Source of the DNA: Bacteroidales bacterium
GTDB lineage: Bacteria > Bacteroidota > Bacteroidia > Bacteroidales > VadinHA17
Direction of reading: 5' to 3'
DNA: 64,000 nucleotides
Assembly (NCBI GenBank): GCA_046329875.1
Contig: JAXLTT010000001.1
Coordinates: 405,226-469,225 of the forward strand
Shown here: piece by piece, positions 37,191 to 46,302 of the stretch
How positions within the stretch are numbered: position 1 is the first letter of the stretch
How the letters are laid out: each line of letters starts with the position of its first letter
Notes under the pieces: model-generated
What the model saw: the letters and a program-made list of their open reading frames with translations, nothing else
Told to the model about the DNA's origin: nothing
Databases searched by the model: none
Position numbers and translations under genes: made by a program

Positions 37191-37955
37191 CTATATAAGC
37201 TCCTTCAGCTTGATATTCCTGTACCATACCTTGGTACCATGGTTCTGCAGATCAATGTAACCCTCGTCATATTTTCCCCAGTCAGGGAAATTTGACCATT
37301 TACCGCTGTTGCGGAGTTTGTTCCATTCATCTGAGTATTTCACGTATTTTACAACGACCTGTCCGTTGAGTATCTGGGTTACATTGTTCCCGTCAACAAC
37401 AAGCATCATATTGTTCCATTCACCAACAGGTTTGTAAGGGCGTACCATGGGCGGGTACATTGCATAGTTTGCGCCGTTTATCTGCCAGTCTTCAAGCTTT
37501 GTCTCCCAGCCTTCATGATCGACGACCTGCATTTCAGGACCGGTCTCATAAGGGAATTTATACATAGTATCTTCAGCAACCTGGTAAATAAGTCCGCTGT
37601 TGGCAGCTTTTGTTAGTTTATAGTCCACACTGATTGCGAAACTTTTGTATTTCCTGTTTGTGAGTATATCCTGGCTCTCTCCACTTCCGGTTGTATTCAT
37701 AGTAAGACATCCGTCTTCAATCGCCCAGCAATCCGGAAATTTATCTCCGAGATTATAACCATGCCACCCCGAAGAAGTCTTTCCGTCGAACAGAAGCACC
37801 CAACCGTTTTTCTTCTCTTTAGCCGAGAGGGTATTGGGTTCACCCGTTTTATTTATCTGCGAAAGCAGAACAAGCGGGTCTTTAGATTTACTGACACATG
37901 AAACAAGTAGCCCGATTATAGCAAACAGGCTCACAAGCAGGTTGATTTTCTTCAT
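37191..37955 (-). CDS. DUF1080 (3-keto-disaccharide hydrolase family) lipoprotein
   Basis: Lipobox LVSC. GWVLLFDGKTSSGWHGY, NSGLIYQ and LQNHGTKVWYRNIKLKEL. Confidence 0.8.
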   Translation of the reverse strand: MKKINLLVSLFAIIGLLVSCVSKSKDPLVLLSQINKTGEPNTLSAKEKKNGWVLLFDGKTSSGWHGYNLGDKFPDCWAIEDGCLTMNTTGSGESQDILTNRKYKSFAISVDYKLTKAANSGLIYQVAEDTMYKFPYETGPEMQVVDHEGWETKLEDWQINGANYAMYPPMVRPYKPVGEWNNMMLVVDGNNVTQILNGQVVVKYVKYSDEWNKLRNSGKWSNFPDWGKYDEGYIDLQNHGTKVWYRNIKLKELI

Positions 37956-37972
37956 AGCAGTTACTTTTAAGG

Positions 37973-40105
37973 TTATCTCACATTAATGATCTTGCTGGCT
38001 GAAAATGGTTTCCCGTCTGAATTAAGACCCTGGATTCTTATTTCATATTTCCCGGCAACATCAGAGCAAGCGAAATTTAATGAAAATTTTCCATCTTTCC
38101 CGGCTTTAAGACCTGGATTCCAGTACAATGTGTTTCTGAAATCAGGGACATTGTCTGTATCGGCCTTAAGCGCTGACGGTTCAACGAAAGAAGCTTCCCT
38201 GTCGATAACCCTGTATTTTATCCTGAGGGCATGCTCCGGTAGCTGGGCGCATGTAAAATCACCAGCCCTTGTTATAATATTTACAATCCCGTAAAAAACG
38301 TAATCCCCGACAAAGTGCTTTTCGAGGGCGACATCAATCCTTTCTACAATTTCCGGATCAATGTTTGCAACGATATTGGCATCATTTACTATCACACCGT
38401 CAATCATAATAACCGGAGGAATCTTTCTTGCCCGGCCGTCGACAGGGTCAATAAGTGACATCTCGTAATTATCCTTGTGTTTCTTCAGGCTTGCGCCATG
38501 TATAAGTTCATAGAACACTTCCTGCATAACAGGAAGTTTTATGTAGTCGTCCATCCTGATCTCAATATCCGGTTTTCCATAGAACCTGATCTTCTCCGGA
38601 AGCTTCTCTTCAGAAACCACAGATGGTCCGGATGATGAAGTTCCGTATATGCGGTTTACCTGGTAGTCTGTACACCATTTAACTATCCAGGCCGGGAGTG
38701 TTTTGTCATCAGCAGGTACTGAAAGCGGACCCGGAAGGTAATTTTCTGTAAAAGAGGACAAGATCTCTACAGATTTGTTCCTGTCCGTTTCTTCCGGCTG
38801 AATAATAAGATCCTGCTCATTATCACGCACCGGTATAATGAATCTGAATATCCCGTTTTTATCTGTAACAGCATACTGGAATGAGGCTGCCTTTCCCGGA
38901 GATGTAAGGAACATTGTTTTGTCGGGTAAAGGCGCCTTAGTATTTTTGTCAAGCAGTCTCCCATAGAGAAAATGGGATTCCTTTTCATTCATATCCTTTC
39001 TTTCGGGTTTGCCTGTGGCCAGGATTTTTTTCCAGTCGATCCATGAACTTTTTAATGAAGAAAGAAGTTCATCCATCTTTTCAGAGGGTATCCTGTCAGG
39101 GTCCTGCCCGGTAAAATATTCGGGAAGAATGCCAAATTCCGAACCAAAAACGAGGTAAGAAGAGATATCGTCACTGATACCATCAGTTACAGGTATAATG
39201 CTGATACTTATATTGCCGGAGTCTGAAGAGAAATGAGTCACACCAGCATCTATAACGGCACTCACATTGTCCCTGCGTTTGCAACTATCCGCTATTGAAA
39301 CAGTAACTGAATTAATAGTTTGTGAAGGGGTATAAATATATTTTTCGGAAACTGGTCTCCCGTTTGAATCAAATAATGTTACATGGTTCACTCCATGAGA
39401 AAGAATCTTCTGCGGGAAAACAAATGAACTGATTCTGGAAGGCAGGTTTACCGTCGATGTGTAATCAATCCTGCCGTGAGTTTCGATAAAAAGGTATCCA
39501 AGGTTATTGTTTATCGATCTGTAAGTATCGCTGCTTGTAATTTCAACATCAATATTATCACCGGTTCTTCCTGCAGAAAAGGAAATATAAGTTTCGTCGT
39601 AATAAGTGCCTTTAACTTTATTATCAGGAGCCGGGCTGCACTTTATTCCATTGGCAGCATTAAGTGAATTATAAACCTTAAGTGTCTTTATAAAACAGCC
39701 CCCCGGCAGGTTGTTCTTCATCATACTCGTATAGGCTCGTAAAGTATAACAACCTGTTGCAAGGGTGTCGGGCAATAATATCTCTCCCCTTCCGAAACCA
39801 TTGACTGACTTTATCTTCTTCTGTCCTACAGGGTGATTCCCTGGGCTAAGAACCTCAACATATACAATTGAACTGTTGTAACCTGGTTTGCCGCTTATCC
39901 TGTCGAACAGATAAGAGCTGAACCAAAGCTCCTCACCTGCTATGTATTCACTCCTGTCTGTATGAAGAAACACTTCTTCCCTGGGAACAGAACCGGTATA
40001 ATTCTTAAACTTCTCTGTTATTTCCTTAAGCGGCTGTGAATAAGCGGCAAGGAAGGGAAAAGTAAGTAACAGGATACTTATATAATTTTTGAATCTGCTT
40101 TTCAT
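37973..40105 (-). CDS. secreted protein with MG2-like N-terminal region and plug-like segment, no barrel
   Basis: EVFLHTDRSEYIAGEELWFSSY is macroglobulin MG2-like. PPVIMIDGVIVNDANIVANIDPEIVERIDV...YGIVNIITRAGD resembles a TonB-receptor plug. Confidence 0.4.
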   Translation of the reverse strand: MKSRFKNYISILLLTFPFLAAYSQPLKEITEKFKNYTGSVPREEVFLHTDRSEYIAGEELWFSSYLFDRISGKPGYNSSIVYVEVLSPGNHPVGQKKIKSVNGFGRGEILLPDTLATGCYTLRAYTSMMKNNLPGGCFIKTLKVYNSLNAANGIKCSPAPDNKVKGTYYDETYISFSAGRTGDNIDVEITSSDTYRSINNNLGYLFIETHGRIDYTSTVNLPSRISSFVFPQKILSHGVNHVTLFDSNGRPVSEKYIYTPSQTINSVTVSIADSCKRRDNVSAVIDAGVTHFSSDSGNISISIIPVTDGISDDISSYLVFGSEFGILPEYFTGQDPDRIPSEKMDELLSSLKSSWIDWKKILATGKPERKDMNEKESHFLYGRLLDKNTKAPLPDKTMFLTSPGKAASFQYAVTDKNGIFRFIIPVRDNEQDLIIQPEETDRNKSVEILSSFTENYLPGPLSVPADDKTLPAWIVKWCTDYQVNRIYGTSSSGPSVVSEEKLPEKIRFYGKPDIEIRMDDYIKLPVMQEVFYELIHGASLKKHKDNYEMSLIDPVDGRARKIPPVIMIDGVIVNDANIVANIDPEIVERIDVALEKHFVGDYVFYGIVNIITRAGDFTCAQLPEHALRIKYRVIDREASFVEPSALKADTDNVPDFRNTLYWNPGLKAGKDGKFSLNFACSDVAGKYEIRIQGLNSDGKPFSASKIINVR

Positions 40106-40107
40106 TT

Positions 40108-41247
40108 TTACTTTATTAAAGACTTTTTGTCTTCCCAGAAATCAGGCTTGGAGAGCACACCTCTTGTTGTACAGTCGGCACAACCTTGTTTATAAGTAAT
40201 GATTATATAGAAAGGGTTCATCTGGTGTATCATAAGTATCCATACATATGATCCCAGGCCAGGTATGGTTCCACCGTCTGTTAAGGTATCACTGACACAG
40301 TCGGCATAGAAGTTCTTCTGACCTGTAAAATGATCTTTAATGAAGAGCCTTTTTGAGGTCTTTCCGCATACGCTGAAGTACCCAAGCACAGCCTGAGAAG
40401 GTTCTTCCACGCAATGGACATTTCCGGTAATGGAAGCAGGTACTATATCATAAAGCCCGCCTACATTTTCGGAAACGCTCCTTACCTTTTCCCAGTACTC
40501 GTATTCATCCTGGTTAAGTGAATACTGGGAGACATTGATCGAATACCCAACACTAAGCCTGTCAGTTGAGTTATCAACAAAATAAAGAGGATATTTATTT
40601 ATCCTGTTCTCCGACAAGGTTGATGTATTCTTAAGGTTTATTACATAGGAGTTTTCTGTCCTGTAGCATGTAAAATTCGGTACATCCCAATGGAGCTGGA
40701 ACTTCCATGTCTCAGAATAGCTCCACCTGAAATACCTGCAATTCTCACCATTGTCGCTTGCATCGAGGTAAATCTGTGCACACTGGATATCATGGTTATA
40801 TTCGTCTATACCGGTAGTTACCTTTTCATAGTAAAGGCTATCGATCTTAGGAACCTGCTTCAGCTCAACCGGATAAGACTCATAGGTATTATAGTTTGTC
40901 GATTCACTGTATGTATTTATATGCAGGGAGTATCTTCTTCCGGGAATACCTGTGAATTTTGTTGAGTCACTCTTATAAATTCCAGGGCTCTTTTCAAAGA
41001 AGTTGTACAAATTTCCCAGGTCATCGGTTACAGTTACAACAGCACCCTGAAGCGGGTTTCGGGTTGTCGCTTCACCAAGTGGCTGGGATATCGATAGTTT
41101 AATTGAATATGACTCCGGTTTATCTGTAATCATCCCTTCGACAACAAGCAAATTCTTCTGATCGGTGATCTCCGGAAGGTATTTTGTCACACATCCTCCT
41201 GTAAGAAGAAGGAGTAGCAAAAGTGATATCGTTTTGAAGTATCTCAT
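40108..41247 (-). CDS. DUF4249 family lipoprotein
   Basis: Lipobox LTGGC. Its size and its position immediately downstream of a CarbopepD_reg TonB-dependent receptor is the conserved Bacteroidota arrangement. Confidence 0.6.
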   Translation of the reverse strand: MRYFKTISLLLLLLLTGGCVTKYLPEITDQKNLLVVEGMITDKPESYSIKLSISQPLGEATTRNPLQGAVVTVTDDLGNLYNFFEKSPGIYKSDSTKFTGIPGRRYSLHINTYSESTNYNTYESYPVELKQVPKIDSLYYEKVTTGIDEYNHDIQCAQIYLDASDNGENCRYFRWSYSETWKFQLHWDVPNFTCYRTENSYVINLKNTSTLSENRINKYPLYFVDNSTDRLSVGYSINVSQYSLNQDEYEYWEKVRSVSENVGGLYDIVPASITGNVHCVEEPSQAVLGYFSVCGKTSKRLFIKDHFTGQKNFYADCVSDTLTDGGTIPGLGSYVWILMIHQMNPFYIIITYKQGCADCTTRGVLSKPDFWEDKKSLIK

Positions 41248-41250
41248 TTT

Positions 41251-43983
41251 TTAAAAGTCGAAGTTGAATGTGATAGTAGGGATCGCCTGACCGAAAACCG
41301 AGAGTTTATAACCGTTAAGTGTACCCTGGTCATTCCTGAAGTATACTGAGTAAGCATTCATCCTTCCAAGAAGGTTATATACTGAGAATGTCCAGTTAGG
41401 GTGAACGATCTTTCTCGATTTTAGATTACCGCTTAGTTTCATTGAAATATCAAGCCTTGAATAGTCAGGAATCCTGTATCTGTTTCTTTCAGAATAATAA
41501 GTCAGCATCAGATCGTCGAGATAGTATACTGTAACCGGGTAAGTGATTGGTCTGCCGGTTGTGTACATATAGTTAACTGCGAAACTCAGTCGCCTTGAAA
41601 ACAGGTAATTCAGTATCATCACAAAATCGTGTGGCCTGTCAAAATTGGCCGGAAACCACGACCCGTTATTTATGATCTCATCACTGAATACACCATTGGA
41701 TTTAAGGAAGGACCTCGAGTATGTGTAACTAAGGCTTCCCTGTACCCTGCCTTCCGTCTTCCTTAGCATCAGTTCAAGGCCATAGGATTTTCCTTTAACG
41801 TCTACAAGGTCTTTTTCGAGGTAACGATCCATTATCAGGTTAGTTCCACCCTTGTAATCGACCATATTCCGTATCGATTTGTAATAAACCTCTGCCGAGG
41901 TCTCAATGCCGAGTTTCGAAAAGATCTTATACAATCCGGCGGCAAACTGGTCTCCGACTTCAGGTTTCACATAATAATCTGTCAGCTTCCAGGTATCTGT
42001 CGGAGAAATGGATGTCGAGTTTGTCAGGAGATGCAGATACTGCCTTGTCCTGTTATAATTGACTTTAAATGAGACCTGCTGTGCCAGTTTATAGTTAAAA
42101 GAAATCCTGAATTCAGGTCCCAGGTAGGTTTTGTATATATGTCCCGGGCCGTAATTGATTGTATCTGTAATTGTGGATATTGATCTCGGGAAAGAGGGAT
42201 CATACAGCATTACTGACCTGGGCCCAAGCACAAAAAAAGCTGACAATCTGAGACCTGCTGTCATTGAAAGCCTGTCGGAGAGTGTAATTTTATCTTCAGC
42301 GTAAAGTGCGCTTTCGAGTGCCCTTTCCCTCTGAATAACATCTCTTTTTACAAGTAAGGAATCACCTTCAGGAGAGTACATTCCCGGGAGTACATTATGG
42401 AAAGAAAAATCAGCACCAAAGTTAATCTCGTGACGTCCCTGGTAATAGTTGAAATCAGTTCGCAACCCTGTAGTATTGATTGAATGTTCGAGCCTGTAAC
42501 CATCCACTGCAATCCTGCTGCTAGTGACATCGTACCTGTAGTTGCTGTTTGTAAGGGTTACAAGTGAAAAGAATCTTGTATTAAAAAAGTGACGCCATCT
42601 CCCCGAGAGGATCATGTTATTATATGCATAGGTGGTATCGGAATTAAGCCTGAAAGCATCATGGCTGTAATAACCCGAGAGATCTATCCTGTTTTTCTTG
42701 TCAATATCCCAGGTTACCCTTGCATTGAAATCGTAGAATCCGGCTGAAGAGTTCCTCAATGATGCATCCTTAAGCATCCTGAGCACCCAGTTCGAATAGG
42801 TAGTCCTGGCAGCAAGGAGGTACGAAATTGTATCTTTTTTAATAGGTCCTTCTACCATCACATGTGTTGTAACAGGGCTGATGCCTGCATTACCGGCAAA
42901 TTTCGACCTGCTTCCGTCCCTTGATGTAATGTCAAGTACTGAAGATATCCTTCCTCCATACTTGCTTGGGATACCTCCTTTATACAGAGTTGCATCTCTT
43001 ATGATGTCTGAATTAACAGCGGAAAAGAAACCAAAAAGATGGGATGTATTATAAACCGGGGCACCATAAAGAAGCACCAGGTTCTGATCAGCTGAACCGC
43101 CCCTGACATTATATCCGGAAGAACCCTCCCCTACAGTCTGTACACCGGGAAGCAGCATTACATTTTTAATAATATCAGTTTCACCCAGAGCCGACGGCAT
43201 TAGCTTGAAAGAAGTTATGTTTATCTTCTCAAGTCCCACCTCCGATCGCTGCATCGTCATATTCTTCTGTGCAGTAACAATGGTTTCCTTAAGAGGGATA
43301 AGCACGCTTGTCATCTCTACATTAAGGTCACCCTGGCCATAAAGGTTGATGCCTATCTCTTTCTCCTTCATCCCTATAAAGGAGTACTTCAGCAAGTGAC
43401 TACCTCTTGGCAGTGAAATTGAATAGAAACCATACTGGTTTGATATTGTACCGGCCAGGCTTTTCTGTACATAAACTGTTACACCGGCTACCGGTTCCTT
43501 TGTATCCTTATTTGTTATATACCCGGTTACAGAGACGTTACCGGGTTTATCTTTGTCGGCCGGGTTACCAATATCGTGAAAAACATTGCCGCTTATCTGG
43601 TTCTTTCCAGCCGATTCATAATATTCGGTCGGGGCAAGATACTTATTCTCTTTTTGTTCGACCCTGCCAGGAATACGAACAGCAAAATTCCTGGTTATCA
43701 CTATATTTCCAGTCTCGTCAATGAAATAGAAGAGCGACTTCCCCTGGAAAACAGAATTCAGAAGTTCGGTAAGCCTTACCGGTCCGTTATACTGCCTTAG
43801 TGTAATGTCGCTCACCCAGTCGTTACGGAAGAAGACTTTAATATTATTCTGATTTTCAATCCTTGCTGCAAAATCGCGGAAGGACATTCCTTCGTAATTC
43901 CAGTCAATTGTGATCTCCTTCTGAGCCATCAGCCCGGCTGAAATAAAAAGGAGAAATATTGCAGTTAAAAAACCTGATTTCAT
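41251..43983 (-). CDS. TonB-dependent receptor with STN-like and carboxypeptidase-regulatory N-terminal domains
   Basis: The STN-like segment is ITIDWNYEGMSFRDFAARIENQ...LFYFIDETGNIVIT. The CarbopepD_reg segment is VTGYITNKDTKEPVAGVTVYV. A plug follows (GVQTVGEGSSGYNVRGGSADQN), then a long barrel ending in FNFDF. Confidence 0.85.
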   Translation of the reverse strand: MKSGFLTAIFLLFISAGLMAQKEITIDWNYEGMSFRDFAARIENQNNIKVFFRNDWVSDITLRQYNGPVRLTELLNSVFQGKSLFYFIDETGNIVITRNFAVRIPGRVEQKENKYLAPTEYYESAGKNQISGNVFHDIGNPADKDKPGNVSVTGYITNKDTKEPVAGVTVYVQKSLAGTISNQYGFYSISLPRGSHLLKYSFIGMKEKEIGINLYGQGDLNVEMTSVLIPLKETIVTAQKNMTMQRSEVGLEKINITSFKLMPSALGETDIIKNVMLLPGVQTVGEGSSGYNVRGGSADQNLVLLYGAPVYNTSHLFGFFSAVNSDIIRDATLYKGGIPSKYGGRISSVLDITSRDGSRSKFAGNAGISPVTTHVMVEGPIKKDTISYLLAARTTYSNWVLRMLKDASLRNSSAGFYDFNARVTWDIDKKNRIDLSGYYSHDAFRLNSDTTYAYNNMILSGRWRHFFNTRFFSLVTLTNSNYRYDVTSSRIAVDGYRLEHSINTTGLRTDFNYYQGRHEINFGADFSFHNVLPGMYSPEGDSLLVKRDVIQRERALESALYAEDKITLSDRLSMTAGLRLSAFFVLGPRSVMLYDPSFPRSISTITDTINYGPGHIYKTYLGPEFRISFNYKLAQQVSFKVNYNRTRQYLHLLTNSTSISPTDTWKLTDYYVKPEVGDQFAAGLYKIFSKLGIETSAEVYYKSIRNMVDYKGGTNLIMDRYLEKDLVDVKGKSYGLELMLRKTEGRVQGSLSYTYSRSFLKSNGVFSDEIINNGSWFPANFDRPHDFVMILNYLFSRRLSFAVNYMYTTGRPITYPVTVYYLDDLMLTYYSERNRYRIPDYSRLDISMKLSGNLKSRKIVHPNWTFSVYNLLGRMNAYSVYFRNDQGTLNGYKLSVFGQAIPTITFNFDF

Positions 43984-43984
43984 C

Positions 43985-44707
43985 TTATTGGTTACCGGTT
44001 AAGCTATCATAGTATTCTATCACAGGAACGAACGTGAAAGGATCATTCCCTTTTACCGAAAGTTTGTTACTTCTTATATAACCGGTAAGTTTCTGTTTAT
44101 TTTCCTTGAATAACGATAGTAATTGTCGCTTTGTCCTGACCTGGTAAGGAATACCGTCCTTAACAACTACTATACTTAAGGATTCCACAAATCCGTCATA
44201 TTTATCTTCTACAGCCCCCTCTACAATCTTTTTGGTATGTTTTACGTAAAGGGCGCTCTTGCCTTTATAAAGTTCATTCATATAGCCGTTCAGCACACTT
44301 GTTGAATCTGATTTGAATCTCACAAACCTGTAGGTTTTGCCATTCCAGTCAAGTGTAAAGGCTTCTGTAAGTTCCTTATTCAGTTGCAGGATCAATTTCT
44401 TGTTTGTCAGTATGATCACTTCATCTTTAGCAATATCATAATGCAACTGGTTATTCTGGAATGTTCTGCCACTTATTGTAACTGACCCGTTAAGAAATTC
44501 CTTCGAAAAAAGGTATGGATCACCTTTTACAGCTGTATACATATTCCGCCAGGCTCTGCCATTATATAGGATCTGGTTGGCAATCAGCGAGTCCTGGATG
44601 CCGGGACCGCTATAACCAGGTTGTCGTGTTATGTGGTTTGACCTGGCAGTAAGTGTCAGAAAAAGAAAAAATATAAAAGACAAACAAAGCAATCTGGGGT
44701 TCTTCAT
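43985..44707 (-). CDS. secreted hypothetical protein, first gene of the TBDR cluster
   Basis: Signal peptide. Lies 1 nt upstream of the TBDR start. No motif recognised. Confidence 0.55.
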   Translation of the reverse strand: MKNPRLLCLSFIFFLFLTLTARSNHITRQPGYSGPGIQDSLIANQILYNGRAWRNMYTAVKGDPYLFSKEFLNGSVTISGRTFQNNQLHYDIAKDEVIILTNKKLILQLNKELTEAFTLDWNGKTYRFVRFKSDSTSVLNGYMNELYKGKSALYVKHTKKIVEGAVEDKYDGFVESLSIVVVKDGIPYQVRTKRQLLSLFKENKQKLTGYIRSNKLSVKGNDPFTFVPVIEYYDSLTGNQ

Positions 44708-44723
44708 CAGGAGGGTTTTAAAA

Positions 44724-44751
44724 TCCGGGATGCTTTGCCAGGCATCCCGGA
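44724..44751 (-). terminator. intrinsic terminator downstream of the DUF1080 gene
   Basis: Perfect 10-bp stem TCCGGGATGC / GCATCCCGGA with an 8-nt loop. On the minus strand it is followed by ATTTTAAAA. Confidence 0.6.
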
Positions 44752-44783
44752 AAAGGTTTGCTTTGAAGAAAAGAATCAGTAAT

Positions 44784-45827
44784 CTATTTTACTATAGGAG
44801 TAAGAACAATGTTCCTGAACGATACTTTACCGTGGTCGCCCTGCAGGAAAATTGGTCCGTCTGCAAATACATCAGACTTAAGTGCTCCTCCTGTCGGTCC
44901 ATAAACCGGCTGGTTATCAATTATTTTTGTTCCATTCAGAATAACTGTCACATGCCTTTCGCAAAGTGTTATATCGAGTGTCTGCCACTGGTTAGCAGGT
45001 TTTTCAGCATTCACCGAAGGAGTTATCCTGCTGTAAACTGCACCCATGTTATGTGAATCAAGTGGTTTCTTATATGAATCAAGAACCTGAACCTCGTACA
45101 TTCCCTTCAGATATACGCCACTGTTACTTCCTTCCGGAACATTAACTTCAAGTTTAAGGTTGAAATCACCAAACTCGGCTATTGTTCTAAGGTTACCATA
45201 GGCTATGTGAGGCTGACCTTCTACCTGGGCCGGATCGGTAACCAGGATCCCTTTTACTACAGAAAAACCGTTTTTCAGGCTTTCATCAACAAGTTTCCAT
45301 CCTGTCAGGTCTTTACCGTTGAAGAGAGTAATTGGCTTGTCGAATTTTACCTTTGACAGGTCGGGAGCAGGTCCTACAGCCGGCAATAAGGTACCCATAA
45401 ATGCTGTTGTATCAACTCCTTTACCATCGGGTTTGGGACTGATCATCTTACCACCAATTTTGTCACCATTTTTAACTACCTCAACCCATTCATCAGAAAC
45501 ATGATTTCTGACTGCTTTCCCGGATTTATCGAAAGAGTATTTTACATTATTGCCCCTGGCAGCTACAAGGGTGTTTCCTTCTGCCATAAACATTGTATCA
45601 ACCGGCGTCACGCTTCCCCATTTCCAGAGAAGTGATCCTGTAAGCTTCCCTTCCTTCTGGATAACTTCAAGCCATCCAACCCATCCGCCGGCAATATCAA
45701 GAGTCCACTGTCCAACGAACTGAGAAGCGTCCTGGCTAACTGCCTGCTCTTTCACCTGAGTCTGCGAGCTGCATGCCGCAAACAGAAGCACAGCAATAAA
45801 CATCAAGGAAATTGAAATCTTTTTCAT
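44784..45827 (-). CDS. DUF1080 (3-keto-disaccharide hydrolase family) lipoprotein with N-terminal extra domain
   Basis: Lipobox LFAAC. NGKDLTGWKLV, VYLKGMYEVQVLDSY and IFLQGDHGKVSFRNIVLTPI. Confidence 0.75.
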   Translation of the reverse strand: MKKISISLMFIAVLLFAACSSQTQVKEQAVSQDASQFVGQWTLDIAGGWVGWLEVIQKEGKLTGSLLWKWGSVTPVDTMFMAEGNTLVAARGNNVKYSFDKSGKAVRNHVSDEWVEVVKNGDKIGGKMISPKPDGKGVDTTAFMGTLLPAVGPAPDLSKVKFDKPITLFNGKDLTGWKLVDESLKNGFSVVKGILVTDPAQVEGQPHIAYGNLRTIAEFGDFNLKLEVNVPEGSNSGVYLKGMYEVQVLDSYKKPLDSHNMGAVYSRITPSVNAEKPANQWQTLDITLCERHVTVILNGTKIIDNQPVYGPTGGALKSDVFADGPIFLQGDHGKVSFRNIVLTPIVK

Positions 45828-46302
45828 ATGATTTATTTTTTTGATTGGTTAGAATTCTGCGAGCTAAAAGTAATAATAAGGGTAATCAATATCTTATGAG
45901 CAGTAAAAATCTTTCTGTTAAACAATGTTAAAGCATTATGACAATCACAGGCAAACATTCTGATCTCAAAAATTATACCAGAAGCCCTGACCTGTAAATT
46001 TACCTAAAAGTTACCTGGCATTACGAAAATGTAAAGTAAAACAGACTAATCCGGATATCTGACTGACAAATGGGGCACTTGAGAAGATGTATGCTGATCC
46101 GGCATAGACAGGAATACAAGATTTTTACCACTTACCCTGATCTATTATGAAGCCCACTGTTACGAAACATCAGACATAATAGGATGGAGTTTTATTTATA
46201 GGATAAATCAGGCCTTGGAATAAATTACTGGGAGTTTTTGTCATATTTACGTAACCTTGAAAAGAACTGATCTAAAATACGTAATAAATAAACAGACAAC
46301 CG

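Noticed and set aside
45828-46302. 475-nt divergent intergenic region as a possible ncRNA or riboswitch. The same question applies to 49742-49884 and 57485-57719 upstream of outer-membrane protein genes.
   Set aside because: I saw no conserved riboswitch cores (no B12 box, TPP or SAM signatures) and only trivial short inverted repeats. These are most likely promoter regions.
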